A stretch of 46,347 nt of DNA, taken from positions 1 to 46,347 of IMG/VR virus record IMGVR_UViG_3300049142_000025; one strand, written 5' to 3'. The stretch comes from a virus (Duplodnaviria > Caudoviricetes). Position 1 is the stretch's first letter, and each line of letters starts with the position of its first letter. The position numbers were made by a program, and so were the translations under genes. This document shows positions 1 through 8,078 of this stretch, piece by piece. The notes beneath the pieces were generated by a model, which did not search any database, was not told the DNA's origin, and saw only the letters and a list, made by a program, of their open reading frames with translations.

Positions 1-2
1 CC

Positions 3-347
3 CCCACCCTCGCCCCGGCCCCGCAGTCCAGCCCGTACAGCACACCGCTCGCCGACCTGCTCGACCGGGCCCGCCACTACATCGCCACCCGCGGCCTCCT
101 CCGCGGAGCCCTCCGCGACCACAACAACGTCGAAGGTGCCCGCTGCCCGATCGGCGCCATCCGCTACGAAGCGGGCGCCAACCGCTGGCTCGCCGACGAC
201 GCCTGCAGCCTCCTCCTCGACGTCATCCAGGCGGAGTTCGCCGACGCCGACACGATCCCGTCCTGGGTCGACGCCCAGACCAGCGCCGCCCCTGTCCTCG
301 CCTGCATGAGCCGGGCCGCCGAACTCGCCCACACCCGCAACCTCTAA
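3..347 (+). CDS. 5'-truncated hypothetical protein (DUF6197-like)
   Basis: Open frame from the window edge to TAA at 345-347 (LLDRARHYIATRG...ARCPIGAIR...IPSWVD), GC3-rich; family assignment from memory. Confidence 0.6.
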   Translation, partial: PTLAPAPQSSPYSTPLADLLDRARHYIATRGLLRGALRDHNNVEGARCPIGAIRYEAGANRWLADDACSLLLDVIQAEFADADTIPSWVDAQTSAAPVLACMSRAAELAHTRNL

Positions 348-362
348 CCCAAGGAGAACCCC

Positions 363-647
363 ATGAGCACCCTCGACATCCCCGACTTCCTGGACGGCGT
401 CGTCACCCCCGACGCCCCCAACGCCTACACCGAAGACGACCGGCGCGAACTCTACGACGTCGCCGTCCACCTCCTCGCCGACAACGCCCGTCTCCAGCGC
501 GCTGGCCGCGGCACCCGCATGCACTACCTCCTCCACGTCCAGCCCGCCATCGACCACGCAGTCAAGGTCGGCTGGGACCGCGGCGACATCCACATCGAAG
601 CCGACCGCACCTACGGCCAGTGGCTCATCGACAACGCCGGCCGGTAA
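363..647 (+). CDS. hypothetical phage protein
   Basis: AAGGAG RBS before ATG; GC3-rich codons. Confidence 0.75.
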   Translation: MSTLDIPDFLDGVVTPDAPNAYTEDDRRELYDVAVHLLADNARLQRAGRGTRMHYLLHVQPAIDHAVKVGWDRGDIHIEADRTYGQWLIDNAGR

Positions 648-691
648 CCCCCGCCCACCCATCCGCCAACCGCCAAAACAAGGAGACGAAC

Positions 692-880
692 ATGCCCAAG
701 CCCACCCCCGAGCAGATCCAGGAAGCCGGCCGTCAGCTGCAGCGCGGCGGACTCCTCGGTACCGGCAGCAGCAAGCTCGCCGACCGGCTCGTCGCGGAAG
801 CAGGCGAAGACGGCCAGAACATCGCCATGGACATCCTCGGCGCCGCCGCCGACCACGAGCCGCGCCGCTGGGCCCGGTAG
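692..880 (+). CDS. hypothetical phage protein (MPKPTPEQIQEAGR...)
   Basis: AAGGAG RBS before ATG 692, in frame with ORF 620..880. Confidence 0.7.
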   Translation: MPKPTPEQIQEAGRQLQRGGLLGTGSSKLADRLVAEAGEDGQNIAMDILGAAADHEPRRWAR

Positions 881-889
881 GAGAGCCCG

Positions 890-1093
890 ATGTCGATGAT
901 CCTCAACCATGAACCCGACCGCGGCAGCCAGATCTGCGGCTACCAGATCCAGGTCGGCAGCTGGCACAACGACGGACAGAAGTTCTGCGGCGAACGGAAG
1001 GCCCCTGGCAAATTCTTCTGCCAGGAACACCACGACTGGGTCGCAGCCGACGGGCCCATCCGCATGGCTCCCGGCAACGCCATCGGACGCTGA
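890..1093 (+). CDS. small Cys/His-rich hypothetical protein
   Basis: AGGAG RBS; ICG..FCG..FCQEHH putative Zn ligands. Confidence 0.65.
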   Translation: MSMILNHEPDRGSQICGYQIQVGSWHNDGQKFCGERKAPGKFFCQEHHDWVAADGPIRMAPGNAIGR

Positions 1094-1094
1094 C

Positions 1095-1289
1095 CTACGG
1101 CACGTCAAGGCTCCGGCTGGGATCGTCTCCAGCCGGGGCCTGCGTCGCGGGTATGGCCCGCGCCATCCACCGTTGGTCCGTCAGCTGTCGGGGCGGCATG
1201 GCTGGTGCGAGTCCGGCGTCGAGGAGCAGCTGCCAGCCCTCCGCCGTCTCCTGCTCGTTATCGCCCTGCACCGTGAATCGAAGCGCCAT
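1095..1289 (-). CDS. hypothetical protein
   Basis: 64-aa ORF convergent with the upstream gene; plausible composition. Confidence 0.55.
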   Translation of the reverse strand: MALRFTVQGDNEQETAEGWQLLLDAGLAPAMPPRQLTDQRWMARAIPATQAPAGDDPSRSLDVP

Positions 1290-1531
1290 ACCGGCAGTGT
1301 GACGCGACCAGTGGGGGAGTAGGGCGGGTTCGGGGAATCAGGCGTCGCGGTGCGTCTTGAGGATGGCCGTAGCTACGTCGACGATGGCGACTGCGACGAC
1401 GGCGCTGGCCACACCTGGAGCAGCGAATGACCCTGCGGGGAGTCCTGAACGGTCACAAGTAGGACACACCGTCACCCCTCGCTCCTTCGGCGGCGGATGA
1501 TGCCTTCCCGATCTCAACCCAGGGGGGCGCC

Positions 1532-2029
1532 GTGTTTTTCAACAAGGATCCGCAGAAGGCTGCGGAGAAGCAGGCGGCGAAAGCCGAGAAGAAGCAGCGG
1601 CGGGACGAAGCCGCCGAGCAGCGCGCCGCCGACAAGGCATCCCTCAAAGAGTGGCGGGCCGCGCATCCCGCCGAAGCGACCATGAACATGGCCGCGCTCA
1701 TGAAAATGTGGCCGTCGTCAAAGATGGGCGTCACCACGCTCGGCCCCGTCAAGGGCGGATCAGCCGAGTTCGTCAACGCTGGCGCCCACAAAGGCTGGAC
1801 CGCCACCCGCCTTATCGCCGGCGTCGCCACTGCAGGCGTATCGGCCGCTGCCACCGGCCGCAAGAACAAGGGCGCCGCAGTCATCAACGTGACCTTCGGG
1901 AACGGGGCGGCGCAGACGTACACGGTGAAGCCGGAGCCGTCGTATCTGAAGGCGGCGAACCAGTACGTGAACGCGTTCAACGCGCTAGCCGCGCAACTCG
2001 ACCAGGAAGACGAGGGCGCCGAAGCCTGA
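1532..2029 (+). CDS. hypothetical protein (Lys/Ala-rich helical N-terminus), moron-like
   Basis: GGGG RBS, GTG start, followed by a hairpin terminator. Confidence 0.7.
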   Translation: MFFNKDPQKAAEKQAAKAEKKQRRDEAAEQRAADKASLKEWRAAHPAEATMNMAALMKMWPSSKMGVTTLGPVKGGSAEFVNAGAHKGWTATRLIAGVATAGVSAAATGRKNKGAAVINVTFGNGAAQTYTVKPEPSYLKAANQYVNAFNALAAQLDQEDEGAEA

Positions 2030-2040
2030 CCCGTAAAGCT

Positions 2041-2074
2041 GAGGCCCGGTCGTTCCCGTGGACGGCCGGGCCTC
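2041..2074 (+). terminator. stem-loop terminator
   Basis: GAGGCCCGGTCGT...ACGGCCGGGCCTC inverted repeat after the stop. Confidence 0.55.
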
Positions 2075-2179
2075 GCCGTGTGCCGTGCACCACTGTGCCA
2101 TTGGCCGCGAGTGTCAACCCTCTGGTGCACCATTGGCCTATTGCGCCACCTGTTCCCCGCACCACCCGAGGAGCCGACC

Positions 2180-2893
2180 GTGCACGACCACACCAATCTG
2201 GACTACGGCAGCGAATACACGTGGCCGGTCTGTGTCACCCCCCGCTGCAACCGTCAGCTCTGGGTCGCTGAAGCTGGCCGGTGGGCTTGCCGGCCGTGCG
2301 AGGATCGCGCCGCCCAGTGGATAGCTGAACTGCCCGGCCTGTTCCGGCAGCTGGATTCGACGGCGGCGTTGATGAAGGGCGCCTCCCGTCCCGGCGCTGG
2401 GAGTTCGGGCACCCGGACGGCGCCGATTCCGCCCCGCCTCGACGTCCTCAACTTGGTCGGTCCGGGCGGTGTCGCGGCCCGCCTGTCGGCGATCGAGGAT
2501 GCGTGGCGGGCCACGCTCGGCTGGACGGTCGCGCCGTGGCGCGGCAACCCGTCGCAGGCGGTACCGGAGTTGGCTGGGTTCCTCGCCAACAACCTCCTGT
2601 GGGCGTGCAGTTCCTACGAGGAGGTAGGGCAGGACATCGACGACCTGCGCCGCCTGCACGGCGAATGCACGGCTCTCGTCAGCGACGAACGGCGCCCCGG
2701 CCGCGTCCAGATCGGCAACTGTCCTGTCCGTGTCGACGACGGCTACTGCTGGACGCCGCTCACCGCCCGCGCCGACAGCCACCGCGTCCACTGCGGCGGA
2801 TGCGGAGGACGGTGGGAGACGCTGGGGGAGTGGCGGGAACTCCGGGCCGCACAAGAAGCTGCGCTCGCCGAAGCGGCAGGAGTTGCAGCGTGA
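2180..2893 (+). CDS. Zn-ribbon phage protein
   Basis: GAGGAG RBS + GTG 2180; CxxxxC...CxxC at the N-terminus, CP...C...CxxC at the C-terminus. Confidence 0.75.
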   Translation: MHDHTNLDYGSEYTWPVCVTPRCNRQLWVAEAGRWACRPCEDRAAQWIAELPGLFRQLDSTAALMKGASRPGAGSSGTRTAPIPPRLDVLNLVGPGGVAARLSAIEDAWRATLGWTVAPWRGNPSQAVPELAGFLANNLLWACSSYEEVGQDIDDLRRLHGECTALVSDERRPGRVQIGNCPVRVDDGYCWTPLTARADSHRVHCGGCGGRWETLGEWRELRAAQEAALAEAAGVAA

Positions 2894-3153
2894 GGCATGC
2901 ACGCAATATCGCACGCGAGGTGCAAGCCATCCCGCCGGTCGATATCCACTTCGCGTCCCTGGCAGAGAAGATTCAGAACATCAGCAAGGGCTTGGACTTC
3001 CCAGCGGCATCGGATCTCCTGTACATCGCCCTGCACGTGGAGCTGCTGTCGGCCTCCTTGCGGGAAGCGTCAGCTGGTGACCTGCGACAGATCGATCAGC
3101 GATTCCGAGACCACCTCGCGACACTCGCCCTGGACCTCTACCGGCACTCTTGA
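2890..3153 (+). CDS. hypothetical protein
   Basis: GTGA overlap with the upstream stop; VRHARNIAREVQ...LYRHS. Confidence 0.55.
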   Translation: MRHARNIAREVQAIPPVDIHFASLAEKIQNISKGLDFPAASDLLYIALHVELLSASLREASAGDLRQIDQRFRDHLATLALDLYRHS

Positions 3154-3187
3154 CCTGCGCGAATCCCGCCAGATTGATCTAAAAGCC

Positions 3188-3270
3188 GGTAGAATTGGGG
3201 CAGTTGAGACCCCGGCGAGGTGGCTAGACCTCCCGGGGCATGGCCGACCGCTACACGAGAGCGAGCCGAC
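3188..3270 (+). promoter_or_regulatory. TAGAAT -10 box + conserved structured leader (copy A)
   Basis: GGTAGAATTGGGG...CCCCGGCGA-GGT..ACC-TCCCGGGG..TGGCC..GAC-ATG; matches copies at 11466 and 18719. Confidence 0.6.
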
Positions 3271-3882
3271 ATGGTCAAGCCTTCCAGATCACGCGCCAAA
3301 GTGCACAAGCCGTTTGCCGTCAAAGGCCTTTCCGATAACCGAGGCTGGCACGGAATGCCTGGCGCCAAGCTCATCCCGCCCGTAGGTGACCCAAGGCTCG
3401 TACCCTTCATTTTCATCACCAAGACGTGGGTATCTGCTGGCATAGAGATGACAGAGGAGCTCGTCGAAGCGGCCCTCAAGCTCGCCCAGGTCCAGGTGGA
3501 CAAGGGGCGTGAAGAAGTCCGCAAGACTGAGGAGAAACGCAAGCAAGAGGCCGAGCGACTGGCTACCGTCTCGCCCAACCTCTACGGCGACGCCGAACAT
3601 CCGGTCGTGTACTACATCAGACGCGGCAAGTACGTGAAGATCGGCACTACGGCGAACTTGCGCGAGCGCATGCGAGACCTGATGCCCGATGAAGTTCTAG
3701 CGGTCGAACCGGGCGGTCGTGCGCTGGAACAGCGGCTGCACCATCACTTCGCGCGCATCCGCTTCTCTCGTGATCGCGAGTACTTCAAGCTGACCGATGA
3801 ACTGCAAGAGCACATCGACGCTGTCGTCCGGAAGCATGGTCAGCCGCCGCCAGATCTCAGCACGCTGGATCAAAGCGCCTGA
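3271..3882 (+). CDS. GIY-YIG (T5orf172/MUG113-like) nuclease domain protein
   Basis: VVYYIRRGKYVKIGTTANLRERMRDL...LEQRLHHHF...REYF motif. Confidence 0.8.
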   Translation: MVKPSRSRAKVHKPFAVKGLSDNRGWHGMPGAKLIPPVGDPRLVPFIFITKTWVSAGIEMTEELVEAALKLAQVQVDKGREEVRKTEEKRKQEAERLATVSPNLYGDAEHPVVYYIRRGKYVKIGTTANLRERMRDLMPDEVLAVEPGGRALEQRLHHHFARIRFSRDREYFKLTDELQEHIDAVVRKHGQPPPDLSTLDQSA

Positions 3883-4010
3883 CCTGCTTGTGTCAACAGG
3901 CCCTGCCCTTGTAATCTCAAAAACTGTTGGATGCCACATCCGACACTGATCCCCCTAAAGCCCCTGCCGAGACAATCCCGGTGGGGGCTTTCGCGTGCCC
4001 GGGAGGTGCC

Positions 4011-4316
4011 ATGGCCGACCCCCAGGACAAGGCCCGCTGGGAAGCCCTTGAAGAAGTCCGCGCGAACGGCGGCAACGCAACCGGCATACTCGGCGATCTC
4101 TTCAGGGCCGCCGAAGCCGCCAAGGTCATGCCCGGCACTCTCCGCGTCTGGATGAGCCGAGGCAGACTCCAGCCGCTCTTCGGAGAGCCCGGCAAGGAGA
4201 TCTTCCACATCCCGACCGTCGTCGCCCTCGCCGAAGCCGGACGTGAATCGCGGAAGAAGAAGAGCGAGAGGCGCAAGCCACCGCCTGCCTTCGACCACGG
4301 CCGGATGGCCGCCTAG
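4011..4316 (+). CDS. HTH DNA-binding protein (possible transcription regulator)
   Basis: GGAGG RBS; AAEAAKVMPGTLRVWMSRGRL is a MerR/Xis-type HTH. Confidence 0.7.
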   Translation: MADPQDKARWEALEEVRANGGNATGILGDLFRAAEAAKVMPGTLRVWMSRGRLQPLFGEPGKEIFHIPTVVALAEAGRESRKKKSERRKPPPAFDHGRMAA

Positions 4317-4435
4317 ACCCCTGCGCGCGGTGGCAGTAGCGCAGGACGGCCCTCGAAGCGCCACGCGCTCGGGCCACAAGCCCGCCCGGACCTGTGGGGG
4401 TTCGGGCGGGCAACAAGCACCGGAGGGGAGCTGCG

Positions 4436-4696
4436 GTGTCCGACTCGATCTACCGGTACGAGGTGCCCGTCGACGACCGCTGGCACCCCCTCCAACTGTC
4501 CGGGCGGATCGTGCACGTCGATTGCCGCAACATGCGCGCCGTCGAAGTGTGGGCCATCCACACCGACAGTCCTGTCGCGACCCGCAGCTTCCGCGTGTAC
4601 GGCACCGGACACCCCCTCCCGCCCGACGTCCAGCACGTCGGCACCGCGATCGCGCCCGGCGGCCAACTCGTCTGGCACCTGGTCGAAACCGCATAG
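4436..4696 (+). CDS. hypothetical phage protein
   Basis: GGAGG RBS, GTG start; IYRYEVPVDD...FRVYGTGHPLP...LVWHLVE. Confidence 0.75.
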   Translation: MSDSIYRYEVPVDDRWHPLQLSGRIVHVDCRNMRAVEVWAIHTDSPVATRSFRVYGTGHPLPPDVQHVGTAIAPGGQLVWHLVETA

Positions 4697-4925
4697 CTCG
4701 GGGCGGGTCCGGTCCCCACGCCCCGAACGTCCCGCCACCCGCAACGCCCCCGTCGTGGGTGGCGGGACCCAAAGACCGGGCCTCCGTCTCGGGGCCCGGA
4801 CGCCCCTGGGTAGCGCCCGGGGAAACCCGCAAGGGACGAGACACACCGCCGCCCGGCGATGGGGCAGAGAGCCTCCTCCGGCTGAGACCCGGTGAGCTAG
4901 CAGCGCCGGGCGGCGGACAACACAG
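4697..4925 (+). other. intergenic chain of GC-rich hairpins (candidate structured leader/ncRNA)
   Basis: 5-6 consecutive inverted repeats with short A/C linkers. Confidence 0.4.
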
Positions 4926-4939
4926 AGTCGGGAGGTGTC

Positions 4940-6517
4940 ATGGCCTTCCCGATCGGCGCCCAAACAATCACCGTGACCGGCACCCTGCCCAACCCGGCAG
5001 GCGGCACTGCACGCAAAGGGCGGGTCGTGTTCACCCCGTCCGCCCGGCTCGTCGACTCCACACAGCAGGCGATCTACAGCGGCGGCGGCGAAGCAGTCCT
5101 CGACGGCACCGGCAAGTTCTCGATCGTCCTCCTGTGCAACGACGACACCGACGTGCAGCCCACCGGCTGGCGGTGGCGGGTCGACGAGCAGCCCTCCGGC
5201 GGCACCCGCGCCACCTACTGGATCGACCTCCCCCACACCCTCGGCTCCACCGTCGACCTGTCCGAACTCGCCGTTGTTACCGCCCCCGACGGCAGCAGCG
5301 GCAGCGGATCAACCACCACCCGGCCCACCGGACCCGCAGGCGGTGCCCTCTCCGGGACGTACCCCAACCCGACCCTGTCGACGGTCACCATCGCCGCCTT
5401 CGACCCCGCCGGAGCCGCCAACAGCGCACAGACCGCCGCGGCAGCCGACGCGACTTCCAAGGTGGCCGCGCACGTAGCCGCAACCGATCCGCACGGCGAC
5501 CGGGCCGCAGCCACGGCCGCATTGGGTTCGCACGCTGCCGACACGACAGACGTCCACGGCATCCCGAACACCGCCGTCCTCGAAACCAGCAGCGGGGCGC
5601 AGACCAAGGCCGACGCCGCGCAAGCCGCAGCAACGAGCGCGGCAGCCGCCGACGCCACCTCCAAGGTTGCTGCCCATACGGCAGCTGCAGACCCTCACGG
5701 CGACCGGGCCTACACCGGCACTGCCGTCGCAGGCCGCGTCCCCACCAGCAGGCAGATCACCGCTGGGACCGGGCTCACCGGCGGGGGCACCCTCGCCGCA
5801 GACCGCACCCTCGCCGTCAACTTCGGCACCGCAGCGGGCACCGCGGCCGCCGGCAACGACTCGCGGCTCGCCGACGCTCGCACCCCAACCGGGCCAGCAG
5901 GCGGCGATCTGTCCGGCACCTACCCGGGGCCGGCCGTTGCCAAGGTCAACGGCGTCGCGGTCACTGGCACACCAGCCGGCGGAGACGTCCTCACCGCCTC
6001 ATCCGCTTCCGCCGCCTCCTGGCAGGCGCCGTCCGGCGGCGGTGGCTCCACGATCCGCACGGCCACGGTCAGGATCACCGACGACAACCTCAGCGGCCTG
6101 CCCGCAGCAGCCTCGTGGGCGATCGTGCAGACCTCGGCGGCCACGCTGTTGCAGTGCTCCATCGCCGCTGCGGCTGGGGACAGGGTCAAGGCCCTGGGCC
6201 GGTTCATGCGGAAGGGCGGCCATTTCCTCGACTGGGCGCTCCTCGACAACACCGGGGCGATCGCCGTGTACGCGGCCACCGGCACCAGCAGCCCGGCCGC
6301 CGAAGGCGATCCCGCTCTCTACCCCAGCCTGTCGTTCAGCTACGAAACCGGGCCGCCCGTCTTCACCGTCGGCGCCGGCCACATCGACGGCACCGGCAAG
6401 GTGACCGTCGCACTGGTCCACCAAGGGGCCAGCACAGGCAACGCCAACATCGTGTACGCACACGCCACGTACCCCTGGAAGCTGACGCTCGAAAACATCG
6501 GCCCCGAACCGGCCTGA
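4940..6517 (+). CDS. tail/head fibre-like virion protein
   Basis: GGAGG RBS; Ala/Thr/Gly-rich; repeated ADATSKVAAH.AA.DPHGDRA and PTGPAGG.LSGTYP motifs; TAGTGLTGGG fibre motif. Confidence 0.75.
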   Translation: MAFPIGAQTITVTGTLPNPAGGTARKGRVVFTPSARLVDSTQQAIYSGGGEAVLDGTGKFSIVLLCNDDTDVQPTGWRWRVDEQPSGGTRATYWIDLPHTLGSTVDLSELAVVTAPDGSSGSGSTTTRPTGPAGGALSGTYPNPTLSTVTIAAFDPAGAANSAQTAAAADATSKVAAHVAATDPHGDRAAATAALGSHAADTTDVHGIPNTAVLETSSGAQTKADAAQAAATSAAAADATSKVAAHTAAADPHGDRAYTGTAVAGRVPTSRQITAGTGLTGGGTLAADRTLAVNFGTAAGTAAAGNDSRLADARTPTGPAGGDLSGTYPGPAVAKVNGVAVTGTPAGGDVLTASSASAASWQAPSGGGGSTIRTATVRITDDNLSGLPAAASWAIVQTSAATLLQCSIAAAAGDRVKALGRFMRKGGHFLDWALLDNTGAIAVYAATGTSSPAAEGDPALYPSLSFSYETGPPVFTVGAGHIDGTGKVTVALVHQGASTGNANIVYAHATYPWKLTLENIGPEPA

Positions 6518-6535
6518 CCGAAGGAGGCGGGACCG

Positions 6536-6919
6536 ATCGCAGACAACCTTTCGAATACGGCCGAGAACCGGATGCTCGATTGGATTCTCGGACTGTCCAG
6601 CACCGCCCCCACCACTCCCATCAAGCTGGCCCTCGTCACCGCGAACGGCACTGACACCGCGGCCGGCACTGAGGTCTCCGGCGGCTCCTACGCCCGGCAG
6701 ACGTTGACCGTCGGCGCCGCAGCATCGGGGGCCACCAGCAATAGTGCCGACATCGTGTTCGCGGGCATGCCTGCCTGCACCGTCGTCGGGGTCGAGATCT
6801 GGGACTCCGCGGGCACACCAGTGCGCCTCTGGTACGGAGCGATCGCAGCCTCCCGCACTGTCGCCGCAGGCGACGACCTGCGCGTTCTCGCCGGGGAGCT
6901 CGACCTGACGATCTCATGA
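6536..6919 (+). CDS. small virion/tail-fibre-associated protein; probable ATC start (first ATG at 6572)
   Basis: AAGGAGG at 6521-6527, then in-frame ATC-GCA-GAC-AAC; GTEVSGGSYARQ motif typical of this phage structural family. Confidence 0.7.
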   Translation: MADNLSNTAENRMLDWILGLSSTAPTTPIKLALVTANGTDTAAGTEVSGGSYARQTLTVGAAASGATSNSADIVFAGMPACTVVGVEIWDSAGTPVRLWYGAIAASRTVAAGDDLRVLAGELDLTIS

Positions 6920-6932
6920 CGGGAGGCCATGG

Positions 6933-8078
6933 ATGCCGTCCCTGTCAACCTTGATCGACAATTTCAACGATGGCGTGATCGCGCCCGACTGGGGTAACGC
7001 CTACGGCGGTGTGAGCGAATCCGGCGGCAAGGCTCACGTGCCGTGCACCACCAGCTACGCCGGCTACCAGACCTCCTACACGTGGACTCTCGCCGGCGCC
7101 TCGTTCTTCGTCGCCGTCACCGCCGTTCCGGCCGCATCCACCGCCACCGAGGCTTACGCCTCCGTGTTCGTCAACGCGCCCGGTATCGGCGATGACACCG
7201 ACCCCCTGTACGGGACGCGGATCGGGTTCATCATCAACACGGTGTCCGGGCAGTTGAGCTGCGCATCAGAGGCCGCCTACTACGACGAGTTCGCCGTCAA
7301 CATCACCTACTCGGCGGTCACCCACAAGTTCCTGCGCCTGCGGGAGACCGGCGGCAACGTCTACTGGGACACCAGCCCCGACGGTACGACGTGGACGAAC
7401 CGGCGCACCCTCGCCACCCCGGCCTGGGTGACCGCATCCGTCAACCAGTGCGCCGTCGACATGTCCGCCCACCGTGACGCCGGCACCGACGACGAAGCCG
7501 CCTACGACCTGTTCAACACCCTGTCCGACGGCGCCGTGTGGGATGCGTCCGCGGCCCTGTCAGCGGACAGCGGCCTCACCGCGACCGCGCAGATCGTCGC
7601 CAACGCTACCGCGGCCCTAGGTGGCGACAGCAGCCTCACCGCGGCCACCAAGCAGACGGCCAACGCCACCGCCGCCCTGACCGGCGAATCCGGAATGACG
7701 GTCGGCTTCGCTACCGGCGGCACCCTTCCCGAGGAGGTGGCGGGTTTGGCTGCAGGCGACTGGGACCTCGTCATCGAGCAGGGCGCCACGTTCAGTCAGA
7801 TCTTCAACTGCACCGTCGAAGACCCGGCGTTCACCTGGGACGGCTTCACCGCGAGGGCGCAGATCCGCTCCGAAGCCTCCGCCAGCGGTGACCTCCTGTT
7901 GGACCTCACCGACTATCTGGAGATCGTCGGCGGCACCGTCCACCTCGACATCCCCGCCTCCGTCACTGTCACGCTCACCCGCAACGGCCGCTGGGACCTT
8001 GAAATGGTCCTCGGCGCCGGGGTCGTGCGCCTCCTCCACGGCAAGGCGATCGTCGACCCGGAGGTGACCCGGGAATGA
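6933..8078 (+). CDS. virion structural protein (lectin-like N-terminus, BppU/LtfC-like C-terminal domain)
   Basis: GGAGG RBS; C-terminal DLVIEQGATF...FTARAQIR...GRWDLEM...RLLHG. Confidence 0.7.
   Translation: MPSLSTLIDNFNDGVIAPDWGNAYGGVSESGGKAHVPCTTSYAGYQTSYTWTLAGASFFVAVTAVPAASTATEAYASVFVNAPGIGDDTDPLYGTRIGFIINTVSGQLSCASEAAYYDEFAVNITYSAVTHKFLRLRETGGNVYWDTSPDGTTWTNRRTLATPAWVTASVNQCAVDMSAHRDAGTDDEAAYDLFNTLSDGAVWDASAALSADSGLTATAQIVANATAALGGDSSLTAATKQTANATAALTGESGMTVGFATGGTLPEEVAGLAAGDWDLVIEQGATFSQIFNCTVEDPAFTWDGFTARAQIRSEASASGDLLLDLTDYLEIVGGTVHLDIPASVTVTLTRNGRWDLEMVLGAGVVRLLHGKAIVDPEVTRE

Noticed and set aside
1338-1412. 24-aa hydrophobic minus-strand peptide
   Set aside because: Too short and no convincing RBS; unsupported.
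2085-2140. Repeated GTGCACCA / CCATTGGCC words upstream of the Zn-ribbon gene
   Set aside because: Could be operator half-sites, but too short to distinguish from chance.
4317-4925. tRNA genes
   Set aside because: The hairpins lack cloverleaf geometry and a properly placed T-loop; no tRNA or rRNA was recognised anywhere in the window by eye.
4243-6654. 803-aa Arg/Pro-rich ORF and similar long overlapping ORFs (19661..21400, 33007..35127)
   Set aside because: Off-frame or antisense shadows of well-supported genes.
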